This document shows, piece after piece, positions 12,920 to 24,814 of a stretch of 64,000 bases of DNA. The notes under the pieces are model-generated. The model made no database searches. It was not told where the DNA came from and worked only from the letters and a program-made list of their open reading frames with translations. The translations under genes were made by a program, and so were the position numbers. The number at the start of each line of letters is the position of its first letter. The stretch's first letter is position 1. The stretch lies in the NCBI RefSeq assembly GCF_020745735.1, contig NC_083445.1, positions 1,922,001 to 1,986,000 of the forward strand, read 5' to 3'. This DNA comes from Hemiscyllium ocellatum. Lineage: Eukaryota.

Positions 12920-13775
12920 GTAAGTAGCATTACCTTCCCCACAAAAAGTCAGTGGGATTTCTTTTTTCAAAATGGAGATAATGAAATCCTCCTCCCAACT
13001 TTCCTCTTAGTCCGAACCAATTTCAACTGGTCTCCTCACACAGGGACTGCCTTGCACCAGCTCCTTTCTCACTGAGACCAAAGGGATACAGATCCTGGGG
13101 TCAGGTCATGTGAGGACACTGTCCATTATTACCCCAGTGCATTGTGTCTCAGAGTGCAATCATGGGAGTGTGTGTCTTCACTTCCCATGAAGCAAGGTCC
13201 ATGTACTGACCAGATCACTGGAATGATATTGAAGGAAGAATGGGCAATTCCACATGGACAGCAGAGGGGAAATTTAAAGTTGAGTCACAGTGAGCTATTG
13301 TAATGTGTGGGATAACAATAGGACTTGAATTATCCTGGAATAGCATCTTCAATGGAGATAATTGGACACAGTTGTGAAAAATGAATAGTTAACATTCAGC
13401 CCATGAAGATTGCAGAAAGAGTGATATATTGTCCAACACTTAAACAGAAATACTCTGCGAAGAAATGGTTCTCTTTTTCTGGTATAATTTGCTGAGGGTA
13501 AAATAAATAAAATGTATAAACAAAAGAAGTCACAAACTGAAAAACTCCTCGAGGTTAATCGAGCCCACCCTCCAGGTGTAATGACGGATGTCTTTCCCTC
13601 CAATATTCTTGTGTAGCTCGGCTGTTCAGTAGATGCAAAATGTGTTGACATGAGCTGACTTTGAAAGTGGGTAAAGTGAGTTAATGAAGGGACAGCAGCA
13701 GAGACATGGGGGCTCCTGGCAGTGCGCTTCCTGGAACACGGAACACCGAACCCTGGAACACCGAGTGCAGCGAGC

Positions 13776-13943
13776 CCTGGTACAGGGGGTGGGTGATAGC
13801 CCTCGTACAGGGGGTGGGTGGTAGCCCTGGTACAGGAGATGGGCTGTGATCCCTGGTACAGTGGGTGAGTGATAGCCTTGGTACAGTGGGTGGGTAAAAG
13901 TCCTGGTACAGGGGGGTGGGCTGTTAGCGCCTGTACAGTGCAG
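13776..13943 (+). repeat. G-rich 25-27 bp minisatellite, about 6.5 copies
   Basis: Unit CCTGGTACAGGGGGTGGGTGATAGC starts at 13776, 13801, 13826, 13852, 13877 and 13902. Confidence 0.9.
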
Positions 13944-15869
13944 GGAAACAACCTCGGAACAATGTGCAGGCATCAGTCCCAGGCAGAGACCTCCACGGGG
14001 GAGATAATTTAGCCACTTAACTTGGAGCAGCTGAGAGAGGACAGCTGTTGGACTGGGGTCTGGTGTGGGCATGCAGATCATGTGTGGAGCCCTGTGCTGA
14101 GCTGCTGTACTGTAATGCCTATTTGAAATCTCCAACATTGCTGTAATGTCAACCCTTTCATGTTATTGTGTTTTTATCTTATTTTTCAACTTGTCAGTAA
14201 TGCAATTCCTTTTATTTCGCTGCTGTGTCCAAGAACTGTCCCATGGCACTTGTACCTAAGATGTTGCCATAAGAAGGCAGATATTGTAAAGGTTTGTCAC
14301 TGTACGCCGACAGTAGCCAATAGAAGGATATTGTATACTCGCAGCTGAGTGGCAGAGAATGAGATCTTCCTGGGACTGAGCCTCATCCCTGATTTTATCC
14401 ATGAGGATATAGTTTGTGGCAACTATGCAATCTGTGCCATGTGGATGCTCAATTCCTATTTTCCATTTCCTTCCATTTGAAGAGATTACATCAGATTCAT
14501 TGTCAGAGGGGTTCACCACTTCATGTGGTCGTGGAGGGCGAGGGGGAGCAGAGCCAATTTGTGGAAATGGACTCAGTGAGCAAGGTTTTAAAAAGCTGCT
14601 TTATGAATGCAGCAAGAGGCTTTGTAAAATATTCACTGTAGGTTACCACCTGATGAAAGTGTAATGCAGCTCAGTGCTCCCAAAATGCTGACTTTAAAGA
14701 CAGCAGTCCATTTCCAGGTCATGGGCATCGTGCCCTTTGGAATTCTGTCTGATTTTTACCCACCAGCCTCCCACCACATCCCCATTTGTAAATCCACACC
14801 TGAAAGCAAGTATAAAATTCTGACCATCACCCCTCTCCAGTGCTATGAACATTTCTTAAATCAATATTAGTCCAGCCATCAACATTTCCTTTAACTTGTC
14901 TCTCCCAACTATCTTGTAGCCAGAAATCCTACATTTCCAATTCTCTCCTTCTGTAAGGCAGATTCATCTTCCTGCCACCATCTCACAGATTCAGAGCTTG
15001 AGCTCACGTTCCTGTAATTCACTGCTCCAAAACTATATTATCACCAATCGACAGGCACTAACACTCCATGACAGAACATTCCCAGTTATAAACAAAGTTC
15101 CAACCCACATGACTGAAGGAAAAACTGCAGGTAAGTGTGAACAGTTTTTCTGTGGGACCTCTCATTGTCAGAAGCTAACACAGACGTATTCAATGATTTT
15201 AAATGCAATGTTATGAATCACTGCGATTTTAAATTAATATCTGGGAAGTTGTGAATGATGCTGAACATTGTGCGATCATCTGCAAACATACCCACTTCTG
15301 GCCTTATGATAGAGGGAAATGGATTATTCTGATTCACAAAGTGAATTTAGATTATAGCAGATAAATACATTGATACATGGATTGGAGTGATCGCTGGTTA
15401 TTTGAAAAAGCATTGCCTCAGAAGCATTACAAAGATGAACACATATGTTAAATCAGTATAGGAATGGTATGCATGATGTATTAACAGACTATAATTTATG
15501 AAACACTCACTTTGTGTCTCCTGTGAAAAAGTGAAAGAAGCGAAAAGACACTATTAAGACAAGGCCTTGTCACTACATGGGCTGCTACCATGAACAATGC
15601 ATGGTCCCCGTCTGCAGCTATTCACTCTCCCAGGCTGACCTTTACCAGTCTGTTTTTGTCTCTCCGAACTCCATCTCCATCTATTGGTTACTCCATTCCC
15701 CTCCATCCCACCCTGCCCCCAGCATATACACCAACCTTTTCCTCCCTACAATCATTATTGAACAAGGGTCACTGAACCTGAAACATTAACCCTGCTTTCT
15801 CTCTACACATGCTGCCAGACCTCCTGAATTTCTCCAGCAATTTCTGATTTTGGGGCTGAGTTACAATTC

Positions 15870-16390
15870 TGCTGCAGCTGATTGCCCACAGTACCTCCTG
15901 AATGCTCTGTGTTGAGTTACAAATCTGTTCAAAGTCTATCCTATTTAGCACAGTGATAGAGCCCACAACATGATGAGGGGTATTCTCAATGTGAAAGCAG
16001 CATTTTGTCTCCACAAGGACTGCGTGGTGATCACTCCTACTGTCTTGGATAGACTGATCTGCAGCTGGCGAACTGGTGGGGATGAGGTCAAGTTTGCTTG
16101 TCCCTCTCATTGGTTCTCTCTTGACCTGCCACAGACCCAATCTAGCAGCAATGTCCTTCAGGACTTGAACAGCTCAGTCAGTGGTGATGCTGCTGAGTCA
16201 CTCTAGGAAATGGACATTGAAGAGTCCCACCCAGAGTATATTCTGCACCCAGAGTATATTCTGCACCCGATTACCCTCAGTGCTTCCTCTAAATGATGTC
16301 CAAGATGGAGGAGTACAAATTCAGAACAGGAGGGGATTATGGTCATCAGCAGGAGGTTTCCTTGTCCATGTTTGACCAAATGTCATGTCA
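15870..16390 (-). mobile_element. Degenerate LINE endonuclease fragment
   Basis: Minus ORF reads REPMRGTSKLDLI...SRSDHHAVLVETK (APE endonuclease C-terminal motifs). Confidence 0.7.
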
Positions 16391-16399
16391 CTTTCTGGG

Positions 16400-18436
16400 G
16401 TCCAGATTCAATGTTGGAGCCTCCCAGGACAACTTGTTGCTAACTGTATACCACTGTGCCACTGTCTCTGTCACCCATCTGCCTACTTCAGCCCTTGTAA
16501 ATTACCTTGACATTATCCTCCTCATAGTTTACAATGCTTCCACATTTTGTGACATGAATGCATTTTGGAATTGTCCCTTACACAATACAATCAAGACTGT
16601 TTATATTCAAACATTCAGGGTATAGTCATACCAACCCTGGAGATCTCTACTACAAGTTTACTTCCAGCCCATAAAGTATTCATTAGCTGTTACTCTCTGT
16701 TTCCCATCACTTCACCTTTTCACCTTTAAATATTGACAACTTATCCAAAAGCTCCTCTTTATCAAATACAAAACATTTAAAGTGACCAAGTTTCCTCCTC
16801 TGTCACCATGGCCTGGGCAGCATCTACCTCTTTGGTAAAGACAGAAATAGAAAAATAGTTTACCACCTGGGCCATGCCACTTGCCCCTAAATGTAAATCC
16901 CTTTCAGTGTCCCTAATCCCCCTTACACCACCCTCTTCGTCAGTATTCTCACTGGAAAAAGACAATGTGGTCGAGGAGAATACTGAGATACAGGCTACGA
17001 GACCAGATGGGATTGTGGTTCACAAGGAGGAGGAAAAAGTAATTCTGGAAAGTGTGAAAATAGATAAGTCCCCTGGGCCAGATGGGATTTATCCTAGGAT
17101 TCTCTGGAAGCCAGGCAGGAGATTGCAGACCTTTTAGTATTGATCTTTATGTTGGCATTCTCTACAGGAATACTGCCAGAGACTGGAAGATAGCAAATGT
17201 CCCCTTGTTCAAGAAGGGGAGAAGAGACAACTCACAGAATTATAGACCAGTGAACTTTATTTTGTTTGTGTTGGAAAGGGCTCAAACAGATAGGATTTAT
17301 AATCATCTAGAAGGGAATAAGCTGATTAGCGATAGTCAATATGGTTTTCTGAAGGGTAGGTCATGCCTGACAAATCTTCTTGAGTTCTTTGAGAAGGTGA
17401 CCAAACAGATGGATGAGGGTAAAATGATTGATGTGGTGTACATGGATTTCAATAAGGCATTTGATAAGATTCCCCACAGTAGACTTTGCAGAAAATACAG
17501 AGGTATCGGGGTTGAGGGTGATTTAGGGGCATGGATGAGAGATTGGTGAGCTGAAAGAAGACAGAGGGTGGGAGTTCATGGGAAATATTCATCCTGGAGT
17601 TCAGTTACTACTAGTGTATCACAAGGATCTGTTTTGGGGCCACTGCTGTTTTGTCATTTTTATAAAAGACATGGATGAGGGCGCAGAAGGATGGGTTAGT
17701 AGATTTGCGGATGGCACTAAGGTTGGTAGAATTGTGGATAGTGCGGAAGGATGTTGCAGGTTTCAGAGGAACATAGATAAGCTACAGAGCTGGGCTGAGA
17801 GGTGGCAAATGGAGTTTAATGCAGAAAAGTGTGAGGTGAGTCACTTTGGAAGGGGTAACAGGAATGCAGAGTGCTGGGCTAATGGTCAGATTCTTGGTAG
17901 TGTAGATGAGCAGAGAGATCTCGGTGTTCATGTACATAGATCCCTGAAAGTTGCCACCCAGGTTGATAGGGTTGTTAAGAAAGGCATACAGTGTATTAGC
18001 TTTTATTGGTAGAGGGAGAGAGTTTCAGAGCCATGAGGTCATGTTGCAGCTGTAGTCTGGCGCATTTAGAGTAGTATATACAGTTCTGGTCACTGCATTG
18101 TCGGAAAAATGTGGAAGCCTTGTAAAGGATCCAGAGGAGATTTACTGAGATGTTACCTGGTATGGAGGCAAGGCCTTTTTCCTCAGATGGTGATGACTAG
18201 CACAAGGGGTCATAACTTTAAATTGAGGGGTGATAGATATAGGACAAATATCAGAGGTACACAGAGAGTAGTAAGGATGTGGAACACCCTGCCAACCTTT
18301 CGGGCATTTAAATGGTCAGTGGATAACCATATGGATGAAAATGGAATGATGTAGGCTAGATTGGTTTCAGATTGGTTTCACAGGTCGGTGCAACATCCAG
18401 GACCGAAGGGCCTGTTCTGCACTATAATGTTCTGTG
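16400..18436 (+). mobile_element. CR1 LINE with an inverted 5' segment (about 16400-16940 on the minus strand)
   Basis: Plus strand: KSPGPDGIYPRIL, VVYMDFNKAFDKIPH, FADGTK, 3' end ATGTTCTGTGTTC. The minus-strand segment gives VNYFSISVFTKE (upstream linker region). Confidence 0.85.
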
Positions 18437-18597
18437 TTCTTATTGTAGATGTGCCTGTCAGTGATATCCAGGTTTTCTTTATGTTAACTGTCAGTCCACA
18501 TAATCTGTTTCTTACCTGCTTTGTCACATCACTTCTGAACCTTCTGTATTGTACTTGGTTCCCAACTGTAATTACTACCTGACACATGTCATAAACA

Positions 18598-18812
18598 GGG
18601 AGAAAGTGAGGACTGCAGATGCTGGAGATCAGACCTGAAAAATGTGTTGCTGGAAAAGCACAGCAGATCAGGCAGCATCCAAGGAGCATGAGAGTCAACA
18701 TTTTGGGCATAAGCCCTGCCTGAAGAAGGGCTTATTCCCGAAACGTCGATTCTCCTGTTCCTTGTATGCTGCCTGACCTGCTGCGCTTTTCCAGCAACTC
18801 ATTTTTCAGTAC
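18598..18812. mobile_element. Palindromic PLE mini-element with 10-bp TSD
   Basis: Two inverted PLE termini; GTCATAAACA is duplicated at 18588-18597 and 18813-18822. Confidence 0.85.
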
Positions 18813-19015
18813 GTCATAAACACACTTCCTTTACTGAATTTCCACCTCCTTTGACATCAAGGGACCTCTGCATTTGTTTGTCTCCTTTTTCCCATTTGTG
18901 GGAATTTACTTTGACTGTGCCCAGACCATTTCTTTTCTGAAGGCAGCTCATTGTTCAGCCATTGATTTTCCCATGAACCTTTGGTTGTCGTTCACTTGGT
19001 CCTGCTGTGTTCTTG

Positions 19016-19234
19016 GAGAAAGTGAGGTCTGCAGATGCTGGAGATCAGAGCTGAAAATATGTTGCTGGAAAAGCGCAGCAGGTCAGGCAGCATCCAAGGA
19101 GCAGGAGAATCGACGTTTCGGGCATAAGCCCTTCTTCAAGATTCCTGAAGAAGGGCTAATGCCCGAAACATCAAATCTCCTGTTCCTTGGATGCTGCCTG
19201 ACCTGCTGCGCTTTTCCAGCAACACATTTTCAGC
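19016..19234. mobile_element. Palindromic PLE mini-element with 15-bp TSD
   Basis: Inverted arms meet at CTTCTTCAAGATTCCTGAAGAAG; CCTGCTGTGTTCTTG is duplicated at 19001-19015 and 19235-19249. Confidence 0.9.
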
Positions 19235-19895
19235 CCTGCTGTGTTCTTGCCCTACTAAAGGCCACTCTCCCCCAGTTGAATATTCTTACTCTGGATTGAC
19301 CAATGTCATTTTCTGCCATTGTCCTGATGATATGATGATCACTGAGCCCTCAATGTTCTCCCACTGACACTTGCTCCATTTGGCCCATTCCCATGACCAG
19401 GTTGAGCAGTGCTTCCTTTCTTATCGGTCTGGACACTTACTGCTGGAGAAAATTCTCCTGAACACAGTCTAGGAATGCTTTCCTTTTGCTGCTTTTTATA
19501 TTACCCCTATCTCAGGCAATATCCCAGTATTTAAAAAGCCTATTATAATTATTCTATGAGGGAAACCCTCAGTAAAATTTATTTGCCTTTTTTTTCCTCA
19601 ATTATTCAGGATCCAAACAGAAACCCAAAATAAATTGGAAATTTCTCAAAAGCAGCACTCAGAATGTTACATTTTTCACAGGATTCAGGGCAGGTTATTC
19701 CTCCTTTTATCCTGTGTTTTACTTTGCCTGGTACTGTTTGATACTGACACTGGGTTTTAAAATAGAAACCAATTTTATTCTAAATATTAAAATCTGGAGA
19801 GCACCAGAAAGAATAAGCAGAAGAATTTGAAACATATTTGAACTTTGAGTTGTTCAGTATCATAATTTAATTTTTGATTGGAATGAACTTTACAG

Positions 19896-20141
19896 ATGCA
19901 CCAGCAAAAGCAGAGATCTTTAAAGCTCAAGAAAACTGGATTGAAGGGGAATCACAGAATTTAACATGTCATGGGCAAGGGAACCCAGATCCCCAGAGGG
20001 TCTGGATCAAAGATGGGAGAATGGAAAGCAGAGAGATACTCTACATCCCATCTGTTCAAATGCAGCATGGGGGACTGTACGTGTGCATGGTCAAAAATGA
20101 GCACGGATCTAAAACCTCATCTCTAAATGCAACTATTTTGT
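19896..20141 (+). CDS. ICAM-like gene 1, Ig domain D5 exon
   Basis: Acceptor tttacAG, donor GTGAGT at 20142, 246 nt, phase 1-1. YAP...NWIEGESQNLTCHGQGNPDP...KDG...GGLYVCMVKNEHG matches ICAM D5 (W.E..Q...C...GNP.P...KDG...G.Y.C). Confidence 0.94.
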
Positions 20142-20498
20142 GTGAGTATCAGAATCCAGGAAATTGAATCTTTGATTCTACTTTTATTCTGAGCACTGTG
20201 AACATTGTGCGATATTCTTAGACCGTCAGACCCAGTAGCTGTAAACCTGAATTAGTATTTACACAATGACTGCATTTCACTGTGACCATACATCACAATA
20301 ACAGATGACTGTAAGTACGTCCCAGGCTGTAACACGACTGCAGAGATTCACCTGTTCTGAAATGACTGTTGGAAGATAGATGACAGCACGGTATGTGGGA
20401 GGTTTAGACATCCTGTTCATTGACGCCGTGTTGGGGAGCTGTATCAGTGATCCTGTAGGTCTGCCTGCCTATTTTCATCTTTTTCTTCTCCCTTCCAG

Positions 20499-20807
20499 AT
20501 AAACCACGAGACACAATCATGACCATATCGGTAAATAACAAAACCATATCAGGAAATAACACAACCATGTCAAGCATTCTAGTAGAAGTTACTAAAGGTG
20601 ATAAAATTACATTAAGCTGTAAGTCCAATGGAAGACCCTCACCTACATTAGAGTGGGTAAACCCCAGTAATGGCAGCAACATTGAGATTGGTCCCTCTGG
20701 ATTTCTGCACATTCCGGACGTAACCTCAGAACATCAAGGAATTTATAAATGTAGAGCTACCAATCAATATGGAATTGATGAGAAGGAAGTGGACATCAGG
20801 ATCAAAG
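20499..20807 (+). CDS. ICAM-like gene 1, Ig domain D6 exon
   Basis: Long polypyrimidine acceptor, donor GTCAGA at 20808, 309 nt, phase 1-1. YKP...GDKITLSCKSNGRPSPTLEW...HQGIYKCRATNQYG is an I-set Ig domain. Confidence 0.93.
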
Positions 20808-21694
20808 GTCAGAATCTAATATTTCTATTGTCATTATTAGTTTGAGCTCCTATTTTACTGCACACTTCCTGACGATGGGACAAATGGATAAACTGTTGCC
20901 TGCCTCTAACAATGCTGCTCTGTAACTGGCCTCTGGTACATTGAGTACGGGTAATTCAGAGTGAGAATCTCTTGCATGTGCTCCTCTTTGTGTGTAGAAG
21001 CACCATCCTCCTGCTCTGTGTTTGCCCCACCTGCCTGGGGAATAACTCCAAGGCAGGAGGAGTGGGACACTTCACGGCTGTGAATCCACACATTGCGACT
21101 CCATGGAGCAGAGTTTTGGCAGATCAGTGAGTGCAGAGCATGTCTCTGGGCTTCACTTCTCATTGTGATGGCAGCAACAGGGAAAAGCAGTGAAAAAGTA
21201 CAAGCTGGAGGTACTGCAAACACAGCAGCTCAAATCAGTGTCTCAGGGAAAATACAAATGAATATTAGGGTTGAATACTTAAAGAAAGACAGGAGATTTC
21301 ATCGTGCTATTCGCAATGTAAGAGACAGAGAATAATTAAGATTTCTGGAAATTCTGAACCACCTTAAAAGAAATCTTGATATCACATGTGTGGAACATTA
21401 CATTAAGTTTACTTATCAATGTGAAATTCCTGCGGAATGTAAATAGGGAATTGACAGTGAGTTGAGGGCAGACTGCCAAGGAGTGGGGTGTGATGTGGGA
21501 AGAATGAAAGAAGGTGAAGAATACAAGCAGGAAAACAGCCATGGAAGAGCTGAATAAAGCACACGGGACATTACATCAGAAAATACCCTTTGTTTATAAT
21601 CCACAGATTTTGGAAATCCTCGGGCATGTTGCAATCAGTATATTTCCCTGGATTGTTGATGATTTGTGTATCTTTTCTTTCTTTGTTTTCATAG

Positions 21695-21930
21695 GTTTAA
21701 GATGGTTAATACCAGTCGTGGCAGTGATAGCAGCAGTATTGTTGATAATTGCACTGATGGTCTTGTACTGGAAATACAGTGCCCATAAAAGAGGACAGTA
21801 TAATGTACAGAATGCAAAACCCAACAATAATCTACAGATCCCCAATGGGCATGAACACCAACAGAATGTTCCTTTAAACAATCTTGACCCACATCATAGT
21901 GAAACAATTACAAATGGATTGAGCCAATGA
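21695..21930 (+). CDS. ICAM-like gene 1, terminal exon (TM-A: transmembrane + cytoplasmic tail)
   Basis: Acceptor ttgttttcatAG, phase 1. GLRWLIPVVAVIAAVLLIIALMVLYW-KYSAHKRGQYNVQNAK...GLSQ stop at 21928-21930. The D2-to-stop frame is open for about 562 aa. Confidence 0.93.
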
Positions 21931-22784
21931 TAAAGATGTTACAGGTCCTAACTTTGCAAAATATTCCAGTGGTCCTGTTGTACATGTAGTTACTGATGGG
22001 TGCCACTCATTGCCATGTTAAAGTCTGTACCAGCTGTAAAGACAACTAGTTACTGACAATCCTTTCTATATTTTTGGCAATTTTTGAATTACTGTGGTAA
22101 AACTTTTAATTTGATCTTCACAAACAGTAGATAGTCACCTGAACTATGGCATTTAGAAAGGCTCATCTCTGTTAACTTCAGAGCTCCGTAAACATAACTA
22201 TTTTCTCACGACCTGACATGAAGACTGCGCTATGTTGATTTGGTTGTATTTTTTTTATGATGTATATTGTACAAGATGATAAAATGGGAACTACCTTTGA
22301 AACATCACTAATTTAAAAATTCCATCCATGTGCTTCAATGACACCATGCTTTTGATCTTCTCTATCTTAAACCTTAATACAACCAATAATTAGGGACCAT
22401 TGTGTGAGAATAAGGGATTTCATATTTAAGATGCAGATGGACATGGAATACTTCTCAAGGATCATGAATCTTCGGAATTTGTTCTGCCTGAGAGGGGTAA
22501 ATACAGGGTTCAGATTATTTGGATTCAAGGATTATGCAGCTGAAGCCAGGTGTACCCTCAAGCCTGAACTCTGTGCTGTTCTTGTTCATCCTGAATTTCT
22601 CCACCTTGTTGTTAGTGGTTGTGCTTACAACTACATAAACTCAACAGATCCATGGAAGCTGTGATTTGCATCAATGCAGCCAGACTCTCTGATTAACTGC
22701 TGTATTCAGAATTTGGCCAAAGCAGGAGATTCTCAGTAAGATGGTGGAAGTGATTTCCTTTCGTTAAAAATCACATGACACCAG

Positions 22785-23031
22785 GTTATCGTCTGACAGG
22801 TTTGTTTGTAAGTACAAGATTTTTTGGAGCGCTGCTCCTTTCTCAGGTAGCTGGTGGAGGAGGATCATATGATACGGTTTATAGCAAAACATCATAGTGT
22901 CATACACTGATGCAATATATTGAATAAATCTAGATTACTGTTAAGCCTTTCATCTTGTAGAATGGATTGCAGGTTTCAATTCGTTAATATCTAAATCCCA
23001 GAATTTCTTCCAAGTTACACTCCCGAAATAA
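22785..23031 (-). mobile_element. Second-family PLE-type terminal fragment
   Basis: AAATCACATGACACCAGGTTATCGTCTGACAGG...GGAGCGCTGCTCC...CCCAGAATTTCTT is homologous to 56553-57063 and 48195-48850. Confidence 0.7.
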
Positions 23032-23531
23032 TGCAGGGTCAAAGGTCAGAATCTAATATTTCTATTGTCATTATTAGTTTGGGTTCCTGTTTAACTCCAC
23101 CCTTCCTGACGATGAGACAAATGGATAAACTGTTGCCTGCCTCTAACAATGCTGCTCTGTAACTGGCCTCTGGTACATTGAGTACGGGTAATTCAAAGTG
23201 AGAATCTCTTGCATGTGCTCCTCTTTGTGTGTAGAAGCACCATCCTCCTGCTCTGTGTTTGCCCCACCTGCCTGGGGAATAACTCCAAGGCAGGAGGAGT
23301 GGGACACTTCACGGCTGTGAATCCACACATTGCGACTCCATGGAGCAGAGTTTTGGCAGATCAGTGAGTGCAGAGCATGTCTCTGGGCTTCACTTCTCAT
23401 TGTGATGGCAGCAACAGGGAAAAGCAGTGAAAAAGTACAAGCTGGAGGTACTGCAAACACAGCAGCTCAAATCAGTGTCTCAGGGAAAATACAAATGAAT
23501 ATTAGGGTTGGAAACTGAAAAAAAAACAGGA

Positions 23532-24814
23532 TTCCAGGAAAAGGCCATCCCTGTAACCATTATCAATGCTGCAGTCAGGAGTGTTAATCATGTTGGTTCA
23601 AACTGTGGACAGTGAGAGGAGTTTCCAGTTTGGGAGACTTGTTTGAGGGGAAGGTTATAATGTCTTCCTTATAAAGGTCCAGCAGAGACCTCTTCCGTTT
23701 TTTTCAGGTTATGTATTTCACCCAGAAGAAGACTACCCTTCTCACTAAGCCCTATAAGCCCGATACAGAGAGGCTGTTGCTACGTTTCACAAGCACCCTT
23801 TCAGTTAGTGCCCTCTATCGCCTGCTGGGTGGCAGGGCCTGGCAGGATATTAACCGGTTATGTGAGGTCTGGGAGCAAGAGCTGGAAGTGGAGATCTCTT
23901 CTGAAGCATGGGAGAACATATGGGAGAATACTCGAAAGATCTCAATCTGTAATAGGACATGCGCTACACAGTTAAAAGTTCTGCACAGGGCTCATTTGGC
24001 ACCAGACCACCTGGCCAAGTTTAAAAAAGGGGCACCTTCAGTGTGCCCAAATGTAAAATAAGTGAAGGTACTCTTACCCACTGCTCCTGGACATGCCACA
24101 GGCTCCGTGTTTATTGGAGCGCTGTGGTGGGAGAGATAGGGAGGGTATTGAGGACTGAAGTCAAAGTAGGCCCGATATCTCTCCTCTAGGTCTACCACAT
24201 TTACCATCTTTAAACGGCATGGGAAGAAACTATTTCAGATTCTTGCATGCTGTGCACGGAAGAATATTCTGATGAATCGGGTGTCAGAAAACCCGCAAGG
24301 CTTGCTGGGATGGCAGAAATTAATTATGGAGCACATTCCCTTGGACTTTTTCACAAACATGGTACACCACACAACAGATCATTTTTATAAGACATGGCAA
24401 CCCTACTTGAGTTATCTGGATTTGTCCAGTTATCTGAGATTTGTCAGTTATCTTAATTAGGATGTTAGTTTAACCAGGATGATTAGATTAGTCAAGCCCT
24501 GGGCCCTGAAGGGGGTCTCCCGAGTTAATATGGGTATATATGCAATGCTCCCGTTCCTTTGTTTGGGAGCCTTGCGCTGAGCATAGCTGTTCTGTATTTT
24601 GTGGGTTTTTTTGTATTTTTTTGTTTTATTTTGGTGTTGCTTTGCACAGTGTTAGGGTTTGCTTTGTATTATACAGTAGGTTAGTAGTTAGTAGATAGTA
24701 GTTGTATTGTAATTTGTGGGTTTTTTTCTTTATTATACTGATATTTGTGATTGTTTTTCTCAATAATTTTATATGTTTGTAAACTTAAAAAAATTTGCTA
24801 ATAAATATATTTAC
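23532..24814 (+). mobile_element. 5'-truncated L1-clade LINE (ORF2 C-terminus, 3' UTR)
   Basis: WEQELEVEISSEAWENIW; CCHC knuckle CPKCKISEGTLTHCSWTC (one-base frameshift); FYKTWQPYLSYL end; T-rich UTR; AATAAA at 24800; TSD AAAAAACA(G/T)GA at 23521-23531 and 24815-24825. Confidence 0.88.

Noticed and set aside
13349-14138. Long minus-strand ORFs (200 and 170 aa) with repeated peptide units
   Set aside because: They are translations of the minisatellite and GC-rich tract.
20906-23460. Identical 105-aa minus-strand ORFs at 20906-21223 and 23143-23460
   Set aside because: They are a by-product of the duplicated intron tract, with no domain or splice support.
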